NCBI GenBank assembly: GCA_964016885.1
Contig: OZ024742.1
Span: forward strand, 158,534,001 to 158,598,000
Origin: Eledone cirrhosa
Lineage: Eukaryota
Direction of reading: 5' to 3'
DNA: 64,000 nucleotides
Position numbers and translations under genes: made by a program. The notes beneath the pieces are model-generated. The model saw only the letters and a program-made list of their open reading frames with translations, was not told the origin of the DNA and made no database searches. Within the stretch, counting starts at the first letter, position 1. The number at the start of each line of letters is the position of its first letter. Shown here piece by piece: positions 53,370 through 64,000 of this stretch.

Positions 53370-53975
53370 AACATCAACGCAATCAACGGCAGTGATATCA
53401 AGCAAGTCAAGAATTTTAAGTCTCTTGGGTCCTAGATCATCGACTATGGGAAGGATTTTGCCCCCAGAAAAGCCCAAGAATGGTCAGCTTGCAACAAGAT
53501 GGATCGAGTTTGGCGCTCAGATCTTTCCAACCACACCAAAATCAGACTCTTCTAAGTAACAATTCAACCAATCATACGATATGGAAGAGAATAATGAACG
53601 CTTTCATCCAAACAGCAAAATTGCCTTGATGGCACCTACACTCGCCTACTTTGACACATTCAGAACATAAGCTGGCGGCATCTAACTTTGAAAGAAATAT
53701 ATGCTGACCTCCTACGCATATCTGTCGTTGTACGTAAAAGGAGAATAAGATTTGCTGGCCACTGCCATCGTGCTACCTTTGCGGCTGTGTCCTCATTAAT
53801 GCTTTGGAAACCACAAAAAGTCACTAATAACAGGGGGTGCAGGCTCTCCTATCCCGATGTCATCTCCAGAGATTCTGGTATTGAAATCCAGGACTTGGCA
53901 ACGGCAATGAACGACAGACCCACGTGGAGATCAATTGTTGAGTTGATTTCGGCTGAGGCCGCCGGATGATGAGAA
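53370..53975 (+). mobile_element. RTE-clade LINE 3' fragment
   Basis: INGSDIKQVKNFKSLGS..WSACNKMDRVWRS..LDGTYTRLL..QNISW, then RRIRFAGHCHR..LMLWKP..AMNDRPTWR, followed by a GATGATGA tail. Confidence 0.85.
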
Positions 53976-54494
53976 GTCTCGTTGTCAAAACCGATGGATG
54001 TCCATACTAGCCTGGACCAATGGATTTGTTGTCGGAAAGTTTCTCTTGGAGAACAAAGTTTGCATGAAACAACAACTTTTATGTATAAACCTAAGTATAG
54101 CTCATACCTCCGTTGTGTCCAAGAGAACGATAAGAATGATATATCTTGGCATAAGCAGCATCACAGACGTGGCCGTTAGAAAATAAAGAGCCACAACACA
54201 ACCTCCAGGACCACTAATAGTTCCGACAATCTCCCACTCTTGATTCGTACTTTCTCAACATCGAAAGTAGGTAAGGTAAATTTAACTTACTTCGGGACAA
54301 TTTGATTTCAAACCGAAAAAAGAAATAATGCAAGGTATTCTATCCAAAATTGTTACGGCTCTGACAATTCGGTGCATACTGTTTATGTAGTAAATGTAAC
54401 GGGTCCTTAAATCTTGATCGAGTCGAATCACCTCACCCAGAGAGAGAGAGTGAGAAAGAGAGGGAGATATATATATACAGAAAGAAAGAGAGAC

Positions 54495-54544
<50 letters not shown>

Positions 54545-55419
54545 GGGTGATCCGAGTATTGGACAGGTACAGTATTTATCAACATTGAAACGATGAACGT
54601 CAAAATTGACTTCGACGGCATTTGAACAAATAGCTGAAACATTTTTAAACCAACGACCTTACTACTCTGCTAATTTGCCGCATATACTATATATAAGAAA
54701 GCTTTATTCGATATATTATTCTACTTATACGACGCTACGTTTTCATTTCAATAAGATATAGCTGCTCTGTCTACTAACTCGAGCGATCAAGTAAAGGATA
54801 CACGTATCTGTGGAATACCCAGACATTTACACGTTAAGTTCATGAGCAGGATGGAATACTCATCATCGAAACCGACGGAGGACGATTCTGATACCACCTT
54901 TATGGCTTGTAAGAAAACGATTTACTGCCGGAAAGACTCCCTACTTGTTTTGTTACAATGTGTATGATATATGCGTATAAATGGTGATAAATTGTACGAT
55001 GTGATGATGTTACAGTCAAGTCAGTGCATTGTTTTTTTCAAATCACACGTTGTTTAGTAAGAAAATTAATTATGGTAGCAGTATATATTTTTTATTGTAT
55101 TCTATTGTTTTAGTCACCTTTATTACTTTTTTGGATTCGTTTTGTTTTACTTTGCTTAATGTTCCTCATTTTTCTCAGACTTGACATGGACGAGGGTCGG
55201 CGTCAGCGCAGTGTGAGAACTGCATGCTGACACTCACAAACACACACGCGCACACTTGCAAAGGTTGAATGCCAGTAATATATAGAGTTTCTACAAATAT
55301 TTCTTCATTACTATTTTATTCATTACTTTAATCTGTTTTCTCACGACGACATGCACCCATTCACTGCCACATTATATTCATATGTGAGTGTTAGTGTTAG
55401 TGTGTGTGTGTGTGTGTGT

Positions 55420-55485
<66 letters not shown>

Positions 55486-56115
55486 TGTAGTTAGTGTAAC
55501 AATTGGGTTTAAACACTCAAAAAGTTTGGATTCGCTGATATCATTGGATCTTTTATACTGATAGTTTTGAGATTTTAAACCTCGCTGAAAGGAGCTAAGT
55601 TAATCATAATTATTCAACATATACTTACATATCCTAGATTATACCACATATGCACATAGACATATTTAAATGTACAATACATATATATCCGCCTTCTTTT
55701 ATATTATAAGATATTCGAGTAGTGTTGTTTCCATAACATTACTGTTTAAGTGTTCGCTCAGATAAAGGACTTTTCGTACTTGTTTTCATTGAGTAGCTGC
55801 GGTGCAACGAGGTCAATATTATTGTATATATGGATGTAAATTCCTATTATATTTTACTCCCGATAATTTGATTTGTTAGGGGTTTAGAGCTTAATTTGAT
55901 ATATGAGATGTTCTGTTTTTAGCGTTTTTTTCGCTAATCCCCTATAACTATCCACTGACTGCCACAATTGTGTAGCAGCTACTATTTAACTACATGTGGG
56001 AACCAGTTCTAGGTTAGACTTCTCCGTGAATAGAGATTTTGGGTTGCTGTTGGAGGGCCTACTGCTGAGGTACCTTCGTCGTAACTTTGCTAATAAACTA
56101 GCGATTTATATTAAT

Positions 56116-56296
56116 TGTTTCTACTTTTGGAACAAGGCCAGCAATTACCCAGTGCATTACTGGTACTTTATTTTATCGACCCGTAAGGATGAAAGGCAAA
56201 GTTAACCTCGGCGGGATTTAAACTCAGAATGGTAAGGGCCATAACTCGTTGCGTCAAAGTTATGCGTCTGACCCTCTACCGATACTGCCAATCCAC
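56116..56296 (-). mobile_element. tRNA-derived SINE with 14-bp TSD
   Basis: TSD CGATTTATATTAAT at 56102-56115 and 56297-56310. Confidence 0.88.
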
Positions 56297-56596
56297 CGAT
56301 TTATATTAATGGCAATTAGTAGGCTTTTTCATGACTCGGAAGTGTGTAGTCGAGGTAATTTCCTGATGCGTGAAGATAACGTTTATCTGTTAAACTACTT
56401 GCTAACTCTGGTTTTCCACCTTTTTCATGGTATATAATATTCAGGATTGTGGTCTCCGTTCCGTAATATTATCATTTAAGAGTTTGTTCAGATAAAGTTT
56501 TGTAGCAGATGTTTACATTGAGCAGTTCCGCTGCAACGAGCTCGAAATTATTGTTCACCGACCTAATATGTATATATATATATATATGTATATATT

Positions 56597-56717
<121 letters not shown>

Positions 56718-57072
56718 GTGTGTGTGTGCGTGTGTGTGTGTGTGTAAATGGTAAACAAAAAAAACAAAAATAACAAAACAAACGGCACAGTACATGGAAG
56801 GAATATATAAATTCAACGCTTGAAATAGCAGGAAAGTTATATATATATTTATATATATATATATATGTAGATAAATCTACCAAAATATACGGTAGTGTCC
56901 AATCCGTATGAAAAACTCAATGTAATCCAAAAGAGATGATACATTCAAAAATTTTCGATGAAAATCATAGGAAAACAGAGTCACGATGAATTAATAAAAA
57001 CAATGAAATAAAAACAAAGAAGAAGTTCCTTATATTAATATATATATATATATATATATATATAGCAGGAAA

Positions 57073-57112
<40 letters not shown>

Positions 57113-57299
57113 TAATTTAATATATCAACTAACATAGACGCACAGATGTACGTCCATGCCAGCAAATACACAGGTTATGTCATAGTACCTAGGTGGTTCA
57201 ATGCAGGAGGGTGCAGAACAATAATATAAAAGACGTAAAATAAGAAAATATTTTTTAAAAAATTTTTTTAAAGTTTTTTACTTACTTACTTAAATTTTC

Positions 57300-57381
57300 A
57301 CTCCAACTAATTAGTTTCTGCAATGGGATAAAGACAGTTACATAATCCAACTGTCGAGAATTCATTGCGTCATCAGGGAGT
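57300..57381 (-). ncRNA. Type I hammerhead ribozyme (family H), unit 1; further copies at 57853-57934, 58406-58487 and 58959-59035 (last one lacks the 5' strand of stem I)
   Basis: Minus strand: ACTCC-CTGATGA-cGCAATG-aattctc-GACAGTTggattatgtAACTGTC-tttatcc-CATTGCa-GAAA-CTAATTAG-TT-GGAGT. Confidence 0.88.
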
Positions 57382-59285
57382 CTATTCTCAGCTGAGCCTC
57401 CAGGCAATGCGCGGACACTGGCGGCTCATATAAAAATAATACTTCGGTAGAAAGAACAGCTAGGCGAGGACTGGATTCTATGTACTGAAATTCTCACTGC
57501 TTCCAGTCAAATAACCGATTCTAAAGAATCAATCACGTGACATAGAGGCTAGTTAGAAGGAATGGGATGGTAAGATGACTGACGCCTACTAACACCCCAA
57601 AAAAAATTTTGAAGTGGTTTTGGCAGGTTTGCTCGACAAATCAGTGATTTGGAGATAAATATAGATAATTTAATATATCAACTAACATAGACGCACAGAT
57701 GTACGTCCATGCCAGCAAATACACAGGTTATGTCATAGTACCTAGGTGGTTCAATGCAGGAGGGTGCAGAACAATAATATAAAAGACGTAAAATAAGAAA
57801 ATATTTTTTAAAAAATTTTTTAAAAGTTTTTTACTTACTTACTTAAATTTTCACTCCAACTAATTAGTTTCTGCAATGGGATAAAGACAGTTACATAATC
57901 CAACTGTCGAGAATTCATTGCGTCATCAGGGAGTCTATTCTCAGCTGAGCCTCCAGGCAATGCGCGGACACTGGCGGCTCATATAAAAATAATACTTCGG
58001 TAGAAAGAACAGCTAGGCGAGGACTGGATTCTATGTACTGAAATTCTCACTGCTTCCAGTCAAATAACCGATTTTAAAGAATCAATCACGTGACATAGAG
58101 GCTAGTTAGAAGGAATGGGATGGTAAGATGACTGACGCCTACTAACACCCCAAAAAAAATTTTGAAGTGGTTTTGGCAGGTTTGCTCGACAAATCAGTGA
58201 TTTGGAGATAAATATAGATAATTTAATATATCAACTAACATAGACGCACAGATGTACGTCCATGCCAGCAAATACACAGGTTATGTCATAGTACCTAGGT
58301 GGTTCAATGCAGGAGGGTGCAGAACAATAATATAAAAGACGTAAAATAAGAAAATATTTTTTAAAAAATTTTTTAAAAATTTGTTACTTACTTACTTAAA
58401 TTTTCACTCCAACTAATTAGTTTCTGCAATGGGATAAAGACAGTTACATAATCCAACTGTCGAGAATTCATTGCGTCATCAGGGAGTCAATTCTCAGCTG
58501 AGCCTCCAGGCAATGCGCGGACACTGGCGGCTCATATAAAAATAATACTTCGGTAGAAAGAACAGCTAGGCGAGGACTGGATTCTATGTACTGAAATTCT
58601 CCCTGCTTCCAGTCAAATAACCGATTCTAAAGAATCAATCACGTGACATAGAGGCTAGTTAGAAAGAATGGGATGGTAAGATGACTGACGCCTACTAACA
58701 CCCCAAAAAAAATTTTGAAGTGGTTTTGGCAGGTTTGCTCGACAAATCAGTGATTTGGAGATAAATATAGATAATTTAATATATCAACTAACATAGACGC
58801 ACAGATGTACGTCCATGCCAGCAAATACACAGGTTATGTCATAGTACCTAGGTGGTTCAATGCAGGAGGGTGCAGAACAATAATATAAAAGACGTAAAAT
58901 AAGAAAATATTTTTTAAAAAATTTTTAAAAAATTTTTTACTTACTTACTTAAATTTTCACTCCAACTAATTAGTTTCTGCAATGGGATAAAGACAGTTAC
59001 ATAATCCAACTGTCGAGAATTCATTGCGTCATCAGCAAACCTGCCAAAACCACTTCAAAATTTTTTTTGGGGTGTTAGTAGGCGTCAGTCATCTTACCAT
59101 CCCATTCCTTCTAACTAGCCTCTATGTCACGTGATTGATTCTTTAGAATCGGTTATTTGACTGGAAGCAGTGAGAATTTCAGTACATAGAATCCAGTCCT
59201 CGCCTAGCTGTTCTTTCTACCGAAGTATTATTTTTATATGAGCCGCCAGTGTCCGCGCATTGCCTGGAGGCTCAGCTGAGAATAG

Positions 59286-59367
59286 ACTCCCTGATGACGC
59301 AATGAATTCTCGACAGTTGGATTATGTAACTGTCTTTATCCCATTGCAGAAACTAATTAGTTGGAGT
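59286..59367 (+). ncRNA. Type I hammerhead ribozyme (family H), inverted copy
   Basis: The same motif, read directly on the plus strand. Confidence 0.88.
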
Positions 59368-59464
59368 GAAAATTTAAGTAAGTAAGTAAAAAACTTTTTA
59401 AAAATTTTTTAAAAAATATTTTCTTATTTTACGTCTTTTATATATATCTATATATATATATATA

Positions 59465-62400
59465 TATAATATAAGATCAAAAGATGGGTAAAAGAGTTCC
59501 TTGTATTTTATTATGCGCATTTCAAAAACAAATATCATCATGCGATGACATTTGCCTTTTCCTCAGATAAAATAGGGAGACATGATATGAAGGCTAAAAA
59601 ACACTCGTGAATAGTGCAGTTTTAAATCAACATATGAAAAGTAGTTTAACATTGATGTGTGATATTGGGAAAAAATGAGGGGGGTTGGAAAGGATGAAAA
59701 AGAGGAGGAGATGAGAGTAAGGAATGGAGGGGGAGGAGTATAATAAGGAAGGATGAGATAGGAGGAGAGATGGGTGATAGAAAGAGAGCTTTTATAACTG
59801 AGAAAAATATATTGTTTTACAGGGAGAGGTTAAAAAACCGTTGGACGATAATATATAAATTAAAAGAATTTGAAAATTAACGAAGAGAAAGAATTAAGAA
59901 TAATGTTAAATTAAGGTTTATATATTGAAGGGTTTAATAATATGTGCGATGAAAAGAAATTGTTAATATGTATTAAGAATAATATTAAATTAAGGTTTGA
60001 ATATTGAAGGGTTTAATAATATGTGCGATGGAAAGAAATTGTTGATATGTATTATTAAAATAAAAATAGTAATGTTATTAAGGATATAATGTGAAAAGAA
60101 GTAGAAGAGTGGATGAATTATGAATTTAGAGGAATTAGTTAGTGTTTAAGTTTGTTTTTATGTAATGTAATATGTATGTGTAATATATGTAAATAGTTTG
60201 TTTACAAATGAGCGCAGAAAGCAAAGAAGGAGATAGTGTTTAAGGAGAAGACCTTAACATCAAAATATGTATGTTTATGAAGTATTTCCTAATGGTAATA
60301 ATATAATGTAATAAAGGAGATTAGTTAGGGTTTAAGTTTGTTTTTATGTATTGTGATGTGTAATATGTAAAAGTTAGACGAGCATGAAAGGGAGAAAAAA
60401 ATAATGAATTGAGGATGAATAAGCTAACGTAAAAAAAATGTTTATGTTTACGAAGGATTTTTAAAGGTGATACTATAAAGTATTTAAAAGGGTAATAGTA
60501 AGTTTTATGGCCAGTGATAGGATGGAAGAAGGAAGAGTGGATATATTGTGGTGAGTAATAATGAGAATTGAGAAGTATCTAGGAAGAAAAGGTACAGATT
60601 AGAGGTTAGGAATTAAACGAAAAAAGGAAAAAAGGAAGAAAGGGAAGTGATAAATAGGAATGATATAGAATGAGAAACTAGTATTATATAATTTAATTCT
60701 AGAAGAAATCCTCCTTCCAACAAAAATCTAGTGCAATTCGAGGCGGAGTTAACTAACATTATAAAAAAATCTTAAATTCAAGAGAAACCCTTACAGAGGA
60801 CAAGAGCACCTTGTAAATCTCAAGAATGCGATTTTAAACCTAAATTCCTCAAAATATATTTTAGTCCACTCCGACAAAACAAATAATTTATGTGGTATAT
60901 CTAATGATAACTATAACAACCTTATCCTTAAATAACTTAGGAAGAAATGTCGCAAAACCAACCATGATAATTTAGAATCCATAAACTTTGAAGCTTCTGA
61001 GATTATTTCAAAACTTGGCATCAAAAAAAAGACCGAACCACTCCTCCCAAGGACTCCGAGGATAAATCTCAAGCATCACAAAAACAACTTTCGTACTGAA
61101 CTACCTGTTAGACTAATCTCCCCTCTAAATCAGATCTGGGGGTTGTTAGCAAAGCCATCTTGGATAGAATTATCCCACAGGTTCGTTCTAATTGCTCTAC
61201 TTCTAACTTAAATTTATGGTTTGGTACTTCTGAAGTGATTGGCTGGTTCAACAAATTGAATAAGAAAAACAAACAAAAATTTATTCAATTTGATAATGCC
61301 AGCTACTATTCTTCTATTTCGCCCTCACTTCTCAACAATGCTCTATCTTTCGCTTACAAATATTCAGACATCACCACAGATGAATTTCACATCATTCTCA
61401 CCGCACGTAAAACCATCTTAGAGTTCAACAATGAATATTGGACCAGAGCTGATAACTCTAACAACTTTGACATTACAATGGGTGCATCCGATTCATCCCA
61501 ATTGACAGATTTAATTGGTGTCTTTATTTTGAACTCTTTGAATCGGAAAATTCCTCAACTTCGCGGTGGAATTTATCGGGACGATGGACTTTTTACTATC
61601 TTAAATTGCTAGATAGTTAGCCTTAATATTATTAAGAACAATATACGTGATCTCTTTAACCAACATAACTTAAAAATTGAATTTGATAACAACATCAAAA
61701 TAGCTAACTTCTTGGATATATCCCTTAATCTTGACATTGGCCTACATTACCCTTACCATAAAAACAATGAGAATCTAAATTATGTTAATATTAAATCTAA
61801 TCACCCCACTAACATTAAAAATGCGATAGTTAATAATATTGGAAAAAGAATATCCAACCTATCATCTAATAAAACATCTTTGATGCTAACCCCAATTACT
61901 ATAATAACGCGCTTTCTAAAGCCGGTTATCCTGATAAAATCAAATACAGTAAATAAACCAATCCTAGAAGATCTTACAGCAAAATAACTAATCATGATCA
62001 TTCCAATAACTTTAATAAAAACCTAGATACAAAATTATAATCTGGTATAATGCTCCTTTCTCCATCTCTATTAATAATAATATTCCTAAATTATTCTTTA
62101 GTGCCTTAAATAAATGCTTCCCTCCCTCGCATATCTATAGTAAAATATTTAACAAACACTATAAAATGTTCCTATTCGACCTCCTCTAACACCTCCAACA
62201 TTATCTCTAAACACAACAATAAAATACTAAATACTAAATCTCGTTCTTCCAACACTGAATATCATAATAATAGTAATAGTACTCCCGACGTCATTGTTAA
62301 CTCTAGGCTAATTTCTGCAAACCCAAATACGACTTCAAACGCAACTTCGTTAAATGTTCTTAATCCCAATCTAAATCAAGAAACTATTATTCCTATCGTA

Positions 62401-63990
62401 AATAACTTCTCCAATCCAGTTCCTTCTATAGATAACACTAGGTCACTTGTTAATAACTCTGTTAATTTCTCTAATCGCATTTGTAATTGCCCTGTTAAAA
62501 ATAAATGTCCTCTCAACAACCATTGTCTTGAAAAAAAAGTTAATCTATGAATGTAAAGTTATAACTGACACAAATACCTTTACCTATTTTGGCTCCACTT
62601 CCACCTCCTTTAAAGCTCGTCTTTATAATCATCATTCGTCTTTTAAATACCAACTTAAAAGAACCAACACGGCCCACTCAGAATTCATATGGTCCTTGAA
62701 AGACAAATGTATTAACTATAACATCTCTTGGAGGAAAGTTTGTTCTGCCCCTTCATACTTGAATGCCTCTCTATCCAAAACATGTAATCTCTGTTTATGT
62801 GAGAAATTTACCATTATATCTAATTTAGATTCTATAATAAATAGACGCACTGACTTATTTTCTCTCTATTTATCACTTCCTATTTATCACTTCCCTTTCT
62901 TCCTTTTTCCTTTTTTTCTTTTAATTTCTAACCTCTAATCTGTACCTTTCCTTCCTAGATACTTCTCAAGACACATTATTAATCACCACAATCTATCCAG
63001 GCTTCCTTCTTCCATCCTATTACTGGCCATAAAACTTACTATTACCCTTTTAAATACTTTATAGTTCACCTTTAAAAATCCTTCGTAAACATAAACATTT
63101 TTTTTTTACGTTAGATTATTCATCCTCAATTCATTATTTTTTTCTCCCTTTCATGCTCGTCTAACTTTTACATATTACACATCACAATACATAAAAACAA
63201 ACTTAAACCCTAACTAATCTCCTTTATTACATTATATTATTAGCATTAGGAAATACTTCATAAACATACATATTTTGATGTTAAGGTCTTCTCCTTAAAC
63301 ACTATCTCCTTCTTTGCTTTCCGCGCTCATTTGTAAACAAACTATTTACATATATTACACATACATATTACATTACATAAAAACAAACTTAAACACTAAC
63401 TAAATTCATAATTCATCCACTCTTCTACTTCTTTTCACATTATATCCTTAATAATATTACTATTTTTATTTTAAAAATACATATCAACAATTTCTTTCCA
63501 TCGCACATATTATTAAACCCTTCAATATTCAAACCTTAATTTAATATTATTCTTAATACATATTAACAATTTCTTTTCATCGCACATATTATTAAACCCT
63601 TCAATATATAAACCTTAATTTAACATTATTCTTAATTTTTTCTCTTCGTTAATTTTCAAATTCTTTTAATTTATATATTATCTTCCAACGGTTTTTTTAA
63701 CCTCTCTCTGTAAAACAATATATTTTTCTCAGTTATAAAAGCTATCTCTCTCTTTCTATCACCCATCTCCCCTCCTATCTCATCCTTCCTTATTATACTC
63801 CTTCCCCTCCATTCCTTACTCTCATCTCCTCCTCTTTTTCATCCTTTCCAACGCCCCTCATTTTTTCCCAATATCACACATCAATGTTAAACTACTTTTC
63901 ATATGTTGATTTAAAACTGCACTATTCACGAGTGTTTTTTAGCCTTCATATCATGTCTTTTGATCTTATATCTTTTGATCTTATATTATT
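59465..63990 (+). mobile_element. Naiad-type Penelope-like element 3 with an inverted 5' pLTR of about 1.2 kb (59465-60660) and a 3' pLTR (62878-63990)
   Basis: Coding region about 60690-62865: LVQFEAEL, HSDKTNN, FIQFDNASYYSSI, ITMGASDSSQLTDLIG, GIYRDDGL, SNHP, IWYNAPFS, CNCPVKNKCPL, IYECKV..YFGST..FKARLYNH, CNLCLCEK. It carries stops and frameshifts. The flanks are close reverse complements. Confidence 0.92.
59504..59574 (-). ncRNA. Type I hammerhead ribozyme (family I) in the inverted pLTR
   Basis: Minus strand: TATTTTAT-CTGAGGA-AAAGGCAAATGTCATC-gcat-GATGATATTTGTTTTT-GAAA-TGCGCA-TA-ATAAAATA. 8-bp stem I, long stem II, palindromic stem III. Confidence 0.88.
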
Positions 63991-64000
63991 TATACTCCAG

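Larger units (their letters stand above)
57106..59443 (-). mobile_element. Retrozyme-like non-coding element: about 3.5 tandem 553-bp units plus an inverted partial unit (59034-59443)
   Basis: The marker GATAATTTAA falls at 57111, 57664, 58217 and 58770 (period 553). The units are nearly identical, there is no ORF of 60 aa or more inside, each unit has one HHR, and (TA)n flanks both ends. Confidence 0.85.

Noticed and set aside
56345-56400. CTGATGCG plus a short hairpin
   Set aside because: Both core halves are non-canonical and there is no stem I.
59465-63990. DNA transposon with 1.1-kb TIRs
   Set aside because: The interior encodes PLE RT and GIY-YIG rather than a transposase, so the arms are inverted pLTRs.

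Overview
This is gene-poor, AT-rich eukaryotic DNA full of microsatellites. The SINE and repeat complement resembles octopus/coleoid genomes as I recall them; that organism call is an inference. No convincing host protein-coding gene was found, and most track ORFs are microsatellite translations. The window is a retroelement graveyard: a 5'-truncated Tx1/L1-clade LINE with an 18-bp TSD, three RTE fragments, HERO-like and R4/Dong-like remnants, a mariner relic, a hAT-type MITE, about 20 tRNA-derived SINE copies, and four Penelope-like elements (PLEs: three Naiad-type and one Neptune/Nematis-type). The main unannotated signal is RNA-level. About 17 recognisable type I hammerhead ribozyme (HHR) motifs from about 9 sequence families, plus several decayed copies, sit in PLE pseudo-LTRs and in non-coding PLE-like elements, nearly all with a family-specific palindromic stem III. 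The best case is a 553-bp non-coding tandem array (57106-59443) with one HHR per unit and an inverted 5' copy. It looks like a large retrozyme-like element and lies next to a Naiad PLE that could supply RT and endonuclease.
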